Program-made: the position numbers and the translations under genes
The notes under the pieces: generated by a model
The model's database searches: none
Told to the model about the DNA's origin: nothing
The model's input: the letters and a program-made list of their open reading frames with translations, nothing else
Source of the DNA: an uncultured Poribacteria bacterium
GTDB taxonomy: Bacteria; Poribacteria; WGA-4E; WGA-3G
Reading direction: 5' to 3'
Length of the DNA stretch: 64,000 nt
NCBI GenBank assembly: GCA_958296135.2
Contig: CATQHZ020000001.1
Location: forward strand, 576,001 to 640,000
Shown here: piece after piece, positions 9,675 to 18,572 of the stretch
Numbering within the stretch: position 1 is the stretch's first letter
How the letters are laid out: each line of letters begins with the position of its first letter

Positions 9675-9948
9675 AATGTTGTTGATTAAAAATTGTAATT
9701 ATGATAATTTGTATTTGGCAATGCGTTTAATAGGACAGGCGTAGAATCAACCCCGTAGGCGCGCGTTGTCAGCGCGCAACATAACCCGTGCGCGGTTGAA
9801 AACTGTTACGCCGATAGGTTGCGCGATTGCGTTGTCCCGCATCACGCCATCGCACCGACTCACCTCCCCGTGGAGAATTTTGGCACTTGCGTCTGTCCTG
9901 CTTTCAAATCCCTTTAGGGGTGCAATGTTTATAGAGGTTTAATCTGTC

Positions 9949-9967
9949 GTCTTGACGTTGTCAAGAC
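9949..9967 (-). repeat. AAC-loop hairpin element, copy C
   Basis: gtcttgac-gtt-gtcaagac; flanks align with copies at 36156, 55296 and 55496. Confidence 0.7.
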
Positions 9968-9987
9968 TTGCATAACTATTAAGACTA

Positions 9988-10135
9988 ATACCAAATGAAG
10001 CTGATTCGTCTTGTATCTGTAGGGCAACCAGATCGCCGGATCTGGTCCTGCCTGTCATACAAGGAAGGGCTCGGTGCTATTCCCAGACCAGCACCGGGAT
10101 TAGGCGAGCCCGAACTATTTTGATTTATTTGGTAT
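9988..10135 (+). promoter_or_regulatory. Candidate structured 5' leader RNA
   Basis: Closing stem ataccaaat/atttggtat encloses two multi-stem arms and abuts the AAGGAGG RBS of gene 10154. Confidence 0.4.
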
Positions 10136-10153
10136 AAGGAGGCAATAGTATCA

Positions 10154-11209
10154 ATGAAGTTGTTCAATAAATTAACATGGCTGAATGTCGGCGCGCTGTT
10201 GGTGCTCGCGCTTGGCATAGTGGGGTGTGGTACATCCCTCGGCAGCCTGTCACCGATTCAACCCGTGAAGAATATAGCGGACGCGCAGATGTTGCAGAGC
10301 GAGAATCCGAACGAAGAGGTGGTTGTGCCGGCTGTTCCATCGGAGACGCTGGTTAAGCCGGTTCTCGATAAATATGGGTTGAAAACTGCGGGCTTCCGTA
10401 TCGGGAAGGCACGCGCTGCGAACATGCAGGCGTTAACCTACATTTTCGCGTTTGGCGAATACGCGCACACCGAAACTGAGTGGGCGAATTTCCTCAACGA
10501 ATGGGGTGAAACCAAAACCCAGATCGAAATGGGCAGCGGGGATGATGACAAGAAGGCCGTCGATGTCGTCCTCATGTCAGACTATCCGCAGCTCTTTGAT
10601 ATTCAGTCCAGGCAACCTATTCTCACCAAAACGGAGGATGGGATTACCGTTTCGATTGCCTATTGGCGGCGGCCAGATCTCGACCGGAAATACAACCGCG
10701 GCAACGCGTTTTCACCTTTTTATGAGACTGAGGCACTGCACCAAGGCGACAAAACGGATGTGTTTTATGTGAAGATTACCAACAATCGGAGCGAAAACGT
10801 CATCTTTGATGTCAAAAAGTGCCGCATCATCGACCAGGGTGAGAATATCTACTACGGGATGAGTTACAAGGACCTCCAGGAGCGGTTCACGTATATGGCG
10901 CGCGCGACGGGACTCTACGTCAAAAATGGCATGGAGACGGCGCGGCGGATTCTCATTGAGAAGCGGATGCCCATTGTTGAGAAACAGGTAGGCACGCGCC
11001 GCACTGGCATTCCCCCTGGCGAAAGCCGGGAAGGGTTCGTCCCCTTCGTGCAGACGAAGTTCAACGCGATTGAACTAAACGTGGTGCTGCCGATTGAAAA
11101 GGCCCCGCCCCCGGGCGGCGCGCAGCGTTACCAAACCGTTGAGTTTGAGTTCCCCTTTACGCACGATAGAGGGATCCGGGTGGCGCAGCCGTCGCCGAAG
11201 CGGTATTAA
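10154..11209 (+). CDS. Hypothetical lipoprotein
   Basis: AAGGAGG RBS; lipobox IVGC; 351-aa ORF. Confidence 0.8.
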   Translation: MKLFNKLTWLNVGALLVLALGIVGCGTSLGSLSPIQPVKNIADAQMLQSENPNEEVVVPAVPSETLVKPVLDKYGLKTAGFRIGKARAANMQALTYIFAFGEYAHTETEWANFLNEWGETKTQIEMGSGDDDKKAVDVVLMSDYPQLFDIQSRQPILTKTEDGITVSIAYWRRPDLDRKYNRGNAFSPFYETEALHQGDKTDVFYVKITNNRSENVIFDVKKCRIIDQGENIYYGMSYKDLQERFTYMARATGLYVKNGMETARRILIEKRMPIVEKQVGTRRTGIPPGESREGFVPFVQTKFNAIELNVVLPIEKAPPPGGAQRYQTVEFEFPFTHDRGIRVAQPSPKRY

Positions 11210-11440
11210 GTAAACTATCCAATCGTAAAGGCATGGGAAACTTTTGATAGCGGGTTCAGCAGACGAAACGGTTGACTACACTACGTCACGCCTTCGGGCG
11301 AGGACAAACGTAACAACTCGTGCGTGGCAGCCTGCTCCCCTGTCTAGAGCTGCGTTGTCGGTTTGTCGTCACAAACCGACAAGAGACTGCTGTTCGGTAA
11401 CCCGAACAGCATGCGCAGCTCGGGGACGGCTTAAGTCCCC
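11210..11440 (+). ncRNA. Unassigned highly structured intergenic element (weak HEARO/omega-RNA resemblance)
   Basis: About 100-nt rod capped by cUUCGg (11246-11344), a three-way junction with 12-bp and 10-bp perfect hairpins (11347-11421), and a terminal hairpin at 11422-11440. Confidence 0.4.
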
Positions 11441-11459
11441 ACCTAGTCCCGATATGTTG

Positions 11460-11665
11460 GGGTAGGAGGGACATCCTTGTCCCGATGTCTTCCGAAGGAG
11501 GGACATCCCTACCTATAGGAGAGAAGCTGGCTAAGGTTTCCGCCACGTCTGAAGACTTGGGATTCTCTTGCTTCTTCGTTGATTTTCGGTAGGACGCGGG
11601 CTAACCCCGTGAGCGCGCTTTCCAAGCGCGTACTCTTACCTGGGCGCGGTGACAACCCGCGCCTG
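11460..11665. repeat. GTAG-REP cluster
   Basis: gtaggagggacatccttgtcccga (also at 34206 and 62644); gtaggacgcgggctaaccccg. Confidence 0.7.
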
Positions 11666-11672
11666 CGTCTGT

Positions 11673-13634
11673 CTATCCGGTCATAATTTTGCAATCGGGG
11701 AGGGACGCTAAAAACTGCTTGCCGTAACTCCCCGTTTTAATCCTCGGGTCGAGGATGACGACAATCCCCTTGTCAGTTTGCGTGCGGATGAGCCGTCCAA
11801 ACCCCTGTTTGAGCCGCAGTATCGCCTCGGGCAAACTGAATTCAAAAAACTCGTTCCCGCCGCGTTCTTTAATCTGTTTGACGCGCGCTTCCATCACCGG
11901 ATGCGTCGGCACTTCAAACGGCAACCGCGCGATGATAACATTGCTCAACGCCTCCCCACGGACATCGACACCCTCCCAAAACGTGGAAGTCCCGAACAGC
12001 ACGGAGTTCGTATTCTCGCGGAAGGCCTGTAGCATCGCAGTGCGTGAGAGTTCGCCGCCCTGTTTAAAAGCGTCAATCCCGAGCTGTTCTAGGTAAGGCG
12101 CGACCGCGTCGTAAACCTCGTCCATCATCTTGTAGCTGGTAAAGAGGACGAACGCTTTCCCATCTGTCATTTTGAGGTAGCGTTTAATCTCCCGAATCGC
12201 TGCTAGTGTAAATTCCGCTTTGTTGGGATGCGGCATAGAACGTGGCAGGTGAATCTCCACCTGTTGTTTAAAGTCAAACGGAGAATCCACGAGGAGTTCC
12301 CGAGAGCCGCTTATCCCTACCCGTTTTTTGAAGTAGTCAAAATTTCGGTTGGTAGCGAGCGTCGCGCTCGTCATTACAACGCTACTTTTCGCGGTGAACA
12401 GGTTATCGCGTAGCATCTTGTTCACATTCGCCGGTGTTGCATTGAGCAGGATGCGTGAGAATTTACCGCTGTACGAAATTTCTGCCCAGTAGACATAGTC
12501 TGGATCCGTTTGTCGGATGAGGGTGTCCAATTCGTCGCGGAGGCGTTCGCATTGGCGATAATGCGCCGTAATCTCCTGTTCGTCATCATCGTTTTGCGCG
12601 TCGTCGCTGAGCCGTTTCAGCGTTCGTTCGATGTCGGCAAGCGGGGCATCCAGCACGTTGTTGATAAAATTGCTTTTTTCAATTCGCTTGGTGAGGGTAT
12701 CGCCGCTTGCTTCGCCGATTTCAGCGATGATGTCGCCGAAAAGGATGTTCGCCTGCCTGCGCGCCTCGACAACCTGCACTACCAATTCCGTTGCGTTAAA
12801 CTGCTTCGCGAGGCCGCCTTCGCTGCGTTCATTATAGAGCGCGTCCAAGAGCCATTTGACTTGCGTGTTGCTGAATTCAAGGCTGGCATGTTTGGTGGCG
12901 GTTGCCTCCAGGTGGTGCGCTTCGTCGATGATGAGGTAATCGTAGTCGGGCAAAATCCCTGCCCCATCGTTATTCTTCCGGATGGCCAGATCGCTGAAAA
13001 GCAGGTGGTGGTTGACAACCAGCAGGTCTGCCTCACGCATTTCTCGGCGCGCATTGAAATAGAAGCATGTATCATAGGTGGGGCATTTGCGGCCGAGGCA
13101 ATTATCCCGGTCGGACGCGACTTTGTCCCAGACTTGGGGGAAGGGTTGCGTCGGCAGCTCTGCCCGGCTGCCATCTTCGGTGTGTTTCACCCATGCCACG
13201 ATGTCCTGCACCTGCTCTACCTCTTCCTGCGTGTCAAACAGTCCGCGTTCAGCCGCGAGCAGTGTCTGAAGTCGTCTTCGGGAGAGGTAGTTGCGCCGTC
13301 CTTTTGCAAGGACAGCTTTGAAATAGCGGGGGAGGACGCGCTGCAGGAACGGGATATCCTTCGTCATGAGTTGTTCCTGCAGGCTGATGGTGTTGGTGGA
13401 AATCACCACGGGCTGCTCCGTTTTGAGCGCGAGGGAGATGGCGGGGATGAGATACGCGAAGCTTTTGCCTACTCCGGTGCCGGCTTCGACGATGAGGTGT
13501 TCGGATGCCATGAAGGCACGGGCGACCTCGTGCGCCATGTGCAGCTGCTCGTGGCGAAATTCATAGGCATCAAGGTGCTGCGCGATAAGCCCACCGGGGC
13601 TAAAGATGTCTCTCAGGGTGATAGATTTTTTCAT
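11673..13634 (-). CDS. dinG: DinG/YoaA-family ATP-dependent DNA helicase (Fe-S)
   Basis: EAGTGVGKS, KGRRNYL, CLGRKCPTYDTC, IIDEAHHL, SATL, FWEGVDV, QGFGRLIR. Confidence 0.93.
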   Translation of the reverse strand: MKKSITLRDIFSPGGLIAQHLDAYEFRHEQLHMAHEVARAFMASEHLIVEAGTGVGKSFAYLIPAISLALKTEQPVVISTNTISLQEQLMTKDIPFLQRVLPRYFKAVLAKGRRNYLSRRRLQTLLAAERGLFDTQEEVEQVQDIVAWVKHTEDGSRAELPTQPFPQVWDKVASDRDNCLGRKCPTYDTCFYFNARREMREADLLVVNHHLLFSDLAIRKNNDGAGILPDYDYLIIDEAHHLEATATKHASLEFSNTQVKWLLDALYNERSEGGLAKQFNATELVVQVVEARRQANILFGDIIAEIGEASGDTLTKRIEKSNFINNVLDAPLADIERTLKRLSDDAQNDDDEQEITAHYRQCERLRDELDTLIRQTDPDYVYWAEISYSGKFSRILLNATPANVNKMLRDNLFTAKSSVVMTSATLATNRNFDYFKKRVGISGSRELLVDSPFDFKQQVEIHLPRSMPHPNKAEFTLAAIREIKRYLKMTDGKAFVLFTSYKMMDEVYDAVAPYLEQLGIDAFKQGGELSRTAMLQAFRENTNSVLFGTSTFWEGVDVRGEALSNVIIARLPFEVPTHPVMEARVKQIKERGGNEFFEFSLPEAILRLKQGFGRLIRTQTDKGIVVILDPRIKTGSYGKQFLASLPDCKIMTG

Positions 13635-13706
13635 ATTTCCTAGCGGTTGTCTAACTTTTCTGGTTACCGAGGGCTGGCTTATTCTACAGCCGCGAGACGC
13701 ATCAAA

Positions 13707-15074
13707 TTAATTTGGTACTAACGGGACAGTTAGTGTTTCGGTGCCATGGCTGCTTTTGACCTGGAGCACGAGCGACGATGCCTTGCGTCTCGCTTGGAGG
13801 AACGCGTCAAAAGCCTGCGCATCCGGAATCGGTTTACCGTTGACGGCCATGATGAGCGCGCCCCTGGGAATTCTGGCGTTGAATCCGGGACTGTTCAACT
13901 TCACGGCAACCACGATAACGCCGTTGTCCTGTTCGGAGAGGTAGGTGTATCTCTCAAAATCCCCTTTTTCCATCTTCCGCACTGCGAGTCCGAGCATTTT
14001 CCATGCGACAGAGTTATTTTCAACGGCTCTCCCTGTGAATTGGGGTGGCATTTCCGCGATAGTGACGGTGAGAATCCGCTCCACGCCGTTGCGCAGGAGC
14101 GTAATCTTCGATGCCTCTCCGACTTGTGAGTCGGCTATCAACATTTTAAATTCGTTGGAGTTTTGGACTTTTTTTCCGTTGTATTTTATGATAACGTCGC
14201 CGCGTCGCAACCCTCCGAGGGCAGCCGGGGTGTTCCGTGTAACGCGGCTCACGTAGATTCCCTCCGGCATGTCTGCCATGTTGATGCCGAGGAAGCCGCG
14301 GATGACTCTCCCGTTAGCAATCAACTGATTCCCAACTTTCTGGACAAGGTTGCTCGGAATGGCGAACCCTGCACCGGCGCGGACAGCTATGGGGACATCC
14401 GTGTTATCACTCTTGGGCTCAGTTCGCCGGATGAGCGCGTTGATGCCGATAACTTCGCCGTGGATGTTCAGTAGCGGGCCACCGCTGTTGCCGGTGTTAA
14501 TCCACGCATCGGTTTGGATGAAATCCTCGTAGCGGATGATTCCGCCTCTGTCATAGAGAAGCGTGCGTCCTTTGCCGCTGACAATACCGGTAGTTACCGT
14601 GTATGCCAATTGGAACGGGTTGCCGATGGCGATGGCGAATTGTCCCACGCGCACCTTATCCGAATCTGCGAGGCGTAGCACTGGGAGTTCTTCTTTCGCT
14701 GCGATTTTTAGCACAGCGATATCGGTGTTGAGGTCCGTCCCGACGATTTTGGCATCGAGTTCGCTGCCATCTCGCCGCTGAACTGTGATGCGTTGTGAGC
14801 CCATCAACACATGTTCGTTGGTGAGAATGTAGCCCTCTTTTCGGAAGATGAAGCCGGAGCCTTGTGAACTTCGTCTGGGGCCCAAGTACGCGCTGACTCC
14901 GACAATTGCGGGGGTGCTCCGTGCGGCGACGCTGACGAAAGCGTTTTCAATAGCGGATAACAGTTCCAGCTCTGTGGGTTGGCTTATGGTTTGTCCACAC
15001 GAAGCGAGCATCCCGTTCGTGCCGACGATGAGCATTAACAGAAAATAGTGGACGAAGGTATGTTTTTTCATCAT
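13707..15074 (-). CDS. HtrA/DegP-family serine protease with two PDZ domains (lipoprotein-type signal)
   Basis: GSGF, TNEHV, DIAVLK, QTDAWINTGNSGGPL; two PDZ domains; start trimmed because the upstream ORF extension is REP DNA. Confidence 0.92.
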   Translation of the reverse strand: MMKKHTFVHYFLLMLIVGTNGMLASCGQTISQPTELELLSAIENAFVSVAARSTPAIVGVSAYLGPRRSSQGSGFIFRKEGYILTNEHVLMGSQRITVQRRDGSELDAKIVGTDLNTDIAVLKIAAKEELPVLRLADSDKVRVGQFAIAIGNPFQLAYTVTTGIVSGKGRTLLYDRGGIIRYEDFIQTDAWINTGNSGGPLLNIHGEVIGINALIRRTEPKSDNTDVPIAVRAGAGFAIPSNLVQKVGNQLIANGRVIRGFLGINMADMPEGIYVSRVTRNTPAALGGLRRGDVIIKYNGKKVQNSNEFKMLIADSQVGEASKITLLRNGVERILTVTIAEMPPQFTGRAVENNSVAWKMLGLAVRKMEKGDFERYTYLSEQDNGVIVVAVKLNSPGFNARIPRGALIMAVNGKPIPDAQAFDAFLQARRKASSLVLQVKSSHGTETLTVPLVPN

Positions 15075-15113
15075 CAGAATGTCCTTCCCGGGCGGTAGAT
15101 AAGTTTTTCTCGC

Positions 15114-15241
15114 TGTAAGGCGAGGGACAGGGCATCGCCCTACGTTCCTTGGAGTGAGGCACGGCGAGGGCCAGTGGACATCTCTGCAGCGAGGCTGCAG
15201 AGATGCCAACGTTTCGACGTAACGCCCCTCGCCCTACGGGT
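15114..15241. repeat. Composite REP element with 12-bp hairpin catctctgcagc-gag-gctgcagagatg
   Basis: Same hairpin at about 61405, 63810 and 63970; bounded by gtaag...ctac motifs. Confidence 0.8.
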
Positions 15242-15250
15242 AGTAGCAGA

Positions 15251-17020
15251 TTAATCCACCGCTTCGTCCGGGTCATCGGCGGAGAGATCATCGCCGCGGT
15301 GTAGGCGCAGCGCGAGGTTCGCTGTCTGTCGACGCGCCCGCGCCGTCGGTGCATGCGCCGCTAAATAACGCGCCGCCGCAACCAAGGCAATCCGCGCTCG
15401 TGCTTCATCCAACTCACCCGCTTGCTGGAAGGCGGCCTCCAACATCTGGAACGAGTGGAATTCCGCATCCTCGCGCAACAGAATATGTCCGAGCCGCTCC
15501 AACAGTGCCTCGCGGGGATGCCCCAGGGACAGATAGCGATAGATATACATCCCGGCTCTATCCGCCTGCGCCTGCGTATCCAACAACTCAACGAACCTGT
15601 CAAGCAGTTCGTCTGCATCCGTTGGGAGCGTCTCGGTTTCTCGGCGGTTTTGTGGGAGTCTTGCGGCAGGCATGTTGAACCACCGGTCGAAGTAGATGGC
15701 CATTGCGCCGTGGAAAATCCCGCGGGCAATCTCTACCGAGGGGGCGCGTTTGGCGCACTGATGCAACGCGTTTGCATACGTGTAGGTATGCAACACCGCA
15801 ATCCAGTCGCCGAATTCGTTCTTGGTATGGAACCGCGCGATGCGGAGTGCGGCGGCAGATGCGAGCGTCTGCGTCAACCCGGTCAGCGTTGCCCCTTCCT
15901 GAAACGCGGCTTTCAGTGCGTCAATCGTTTCAAGCGGATTATCGCCGAGTAACGTTTCGGTGAGTGCTTCGCTTCCGTTCCACTGCTTCCCCTTACCGCT
16001 CTCAATAATTGCTTCGAGTTCGTCAAAAATGCCGCGTAGCACGGGGACGAAGTCGATCGGACTGCGCCATCGGTTCTGTTCTTCGGCGCGGGAGGAGCTC
16101 GCTAGCATGCCGACGAGTGTCGGAATAACCTCATTTGCCTTCTCCCATCCGATGCGTTCGAGCAGTTCAAACGCTTTGTTGATAAAATCAAGCGTATGTC
16201 CGCCATCGCGATAGAAGTGGTCTGTGGCGGCGGTTACCATCATATCACAAATCTGGGCCGGTGTTGCGCCTTGGGAAATCGCAGTCAAAATCGTGCGTTC
16301 CGCGCCATCGGCGTTCCGCACCTCAATAAAATAGCGGAACCACGTTTTCAGCTGCGCCAGAGAGTGCGTCTCCGTTTCAAGCCGCGTCAACGGAATGCGG
16401 GGTGCGGATGCCGACGTTTCACTGGAAACGTGGAGCAGCCCTTGGTAGAGTGCCAGCACCTTATCTGCATCGGTGAGTTTTTCGGCGACGTTCGCCATGC
16501 AGGTGAGAATCGTCATGGCGGGGCCCCAGCCGGCGCGTCTGCCGCGTGCGCCGTAAAGCGCGCCGACTTCGACGACAGCATCGGGTGCTGTCTTCAACGA
16601 ACGGAGCGCGATAACCGATTTGGCGAGGATGAGATTGATGCTCTGCTCTAACCCTTCGCGCAGCCGAATCTTCCATCGTGCCACGGCATCAGCACCGTTC
16701 GCACCGACGTTGACATAGACGCTCCCCTCCCGGACATCAATGGGGTAAGCTTGCACGTCATCGGCGAACGGGTGGAAGGTGCAGCCACTCGCCAGATCGA
16801 ACATGGCGTGATGCCAATGGCATATCAGGATGCCGTCCTGCACGCTCCCGCGATTGAGCGGATAACCCATGTGCGGGCAGCGGTTGTCTACTGCGAAAAT
16901 CTTGCCGTTGCTTTTTGCCAAGGCGATGGGCTGTCCTGCCACGTTCACGGCGATGACTCCCTCTTCGGGAATCTCCGCAACCTCGGCACACTTGATGAAT
17001 TCAGAAATCCGTTCAGCCAT
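15251..17020 (-). CDS. Rieske (2Fe-2S) domain protein with large helical C-terminal region
   Basis: NRCPHMG and CHWHHAMFDL Rieske motifs; AGGGAG RBS before ATG 17020. Confidence 0.88.
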   Translation of the reverse strand: MAERISEFIKCAEVAEIPEEGVIAVNVAGQPIALAKSNGKIFAVDNRCPHMGYPLNRGSVQDGILICHWHHAMFDLASGCTFHPFADDVQAYPIDVREGSVYVNVGANGADAVARWKIRLREGLEQSINLILAKSVIALRSLKTAPDAVVEVGALYGARGRRAGWGPAMTILTCMANVAEKLTDADKVLALYQGLLHVSSETSASAPRIPLTRLETETHSLAQLKTWFRYFIEVRNADGAERTILTAISQGATPAQICDMMVTAATDHFYRDGGHTLDFINKAFELLERIGWEKANEVIPTLVGMLASSSRAEEQNRWRSPIDFVPVLRGIFDELEAIIESGKGKQWNGSEALTETLLGDNPLETIDALKAAFQEGATLTGLTQTLASAAALRIARFHTKNEFGDWIAVLHTYTYANALHQCAKRAPSVEIARGIFHGAMAIYFDRWFNMPAARLPQNRRETETLPTDADELLDRFVELLDTQAQADRAGMYIYRYLSLGHPREALLERLGHILLREDAEFHSFQMLEAAFQQAGELDEARARIALVAAARYLAAHAPTARARRQTANLALRLHRGDDLSADDPDEAVD

Positions 17021-17321
17021 TTTTTTCTCCCTTGTTTGCATATTTTATATAAAATATTTTAACGTAGGTTGTGTTAACATGTCAAGGTGTTTTTTTCTGC
17101 AGCGTGCTTCAGTTTTCGATTTTGATGTTATCCGTGAAAATCCACCCGAGGTGGAGTAGGGCAAGATTTCCTGAAAGTCTGGAAACCCACGGGTTTCCAA
17201 ACAATCCTGACCCGGTTGAGAGCAGAGGAAGTCTCAGATTACCCCTTTATTTTCTTATCGTCATTCCATCGCAAACGACAGATAAGGGACAACAAACAAA
17301 AAAGATAAATGTCGGGCGGCG

Positions 17322-17564
17322 GTGGACTGGGAAGCGCGCCGAGGGCTCCCGAGTGATCTTCAAGCGGCGGCATTGCTAGAGATTCTTGAGGAGCTGGGTC
17401 CCAAGTATGTAGCCGTGGCTAAGTTGTGGGCGGAGTACACGTCGGCAGAGATAGGGGAGATGCTGGGCATTCCCGAGAACACGGTGAAGTCGCGGAAGAG
17501 GAAGATAAGACAGCGGCTTGCCGAGGCACTCCGTGACTTATCGCCGCCGGCGAAGCAATCCTAG
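17322..17564 (+). pseudogene. ECF sigma factor region-4 fragment
   Basis: YTSAEIGEMLGIPENTVKSRKRKIRQRL HTH; no region 2. Confidence 0.65.
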
Positions 17565-17806
17565 TCCACCTTTCAGTCGGCTACAAGGTATCTGCCACTT
17601 TTGGAAACAGAAACGGAGAGATACCGCTGTTGTTGTTTAGTTGAGTTGTTGTTTAATCTACATCGACATGGAAGCAGTTTCCCACCGGAACTGCGCAAAC
17701 GTGCGAAGGCCTGTGAAAAGAGTGTAGCGATTGCGTCCTACGCTTCAGATGCAGAGCGATGCTTGACTCACAGAGCTGATTTTTCTTAATAGATTGGATA
17801 ATGTTC

Positions 17807-17835
17807 TTGACAGATTTTTAGAGTTGAGGTAAATT
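17807..17835 (+). promoter_or_regulatory. Sigma-70 promoter
   Basis: TTGACA-17 bp-TAAATT, then AAGGAG and ATG 17850. Confidence 0.65.
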
Positions 17836-17849
17836 TTAAAGGAGATTCT

Positions 17850-18503
17850 ATGTTTTTACAACAAGCGATGCCTCCTTGGTTCGCCGTTCATCGGGCGAGC
17901 CAAGTGACGATGCTTTTACTCGCAGTTGTTATGCTATTTATCCCGATACTCTTCGCCCAAGGGTTCAAAAGGAACTTGCAGAGATTATGGAAACAAATAG
18001 ACTCGCAACTTTCACAATGGGACTTGTGGGGCTATGGCTCCAGCAGGCCGGTTTATTGGGCATCAGAATAAAAAAGTTATTCTACGCCTCAAAACCGGCA
18101 TCGCGAAGAAAATTAAGGGAAATAGCACATCCTGCTCCCCTGATAGGAATAGGCATTATCGTCTGTGCTCTCTTATTAGCGGTTAGGGTTGATACTCCCT
18201 GTAAGGGTGGGTGCGGTATGAAGGTATCTAGTCCGTCTTCCTCACACAGTGTCATTTGTGGCAACTGTAGTGAGAGGATTTGGTACTGTGATTATCATCC
18301 ACACCGGACCCACTGTGGGCATTGTGGGGAGCAGTACTGGGATTGCCCTTATGACTCCCAAGCATCAAATCACAGTCCGAAGCCTTGTCTTATCTGCAAT
18401 GAAATCCATCTCATGTGTGAAGGACACCATTTTATTGATAGATAACACGCCACCGCGCATCACAAAGGTATCTAGTCCGTCCACAACTCACTTGAGCGAC
18501 TAA
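17850..18503 (+). pseudogene. Frame-broken membrane-anchored Cys/His-rich protein
   Basis: RBS-led ORF stops at 18071; the -1 frame carries a TM plus CKGGC/CGNC/CGHC/CLIC; a third frame carries a second KVSSPS copy (nt repeat aaggtatctagtccgtc at ~18221 and ~18466). Confidence 0.5.
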
Positions 18504-18513
18504 GGTTCCTCCC

Positions 18514-18542
18514 TTGACATCTCCTCTGCAAAATGTTAAAAT
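18514..18542 (+). promoter_or_regulatory. Sigma-70 promoter
   Basis: TTGACA-17 bp-TAAAAT upstream of AGGAGG and ATG 18573. Confidence 0.75.
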
Positions 18543-18572
18543 AATCCTCAAACAAAGGAGGAACGCAACAAC

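Noticed and set aside
18068-18077. Programmed -1 frameshift at A-AAA-AAG
   Set aside because: The upstream ORF terminates at TAA before the heptamer is in the required frame.
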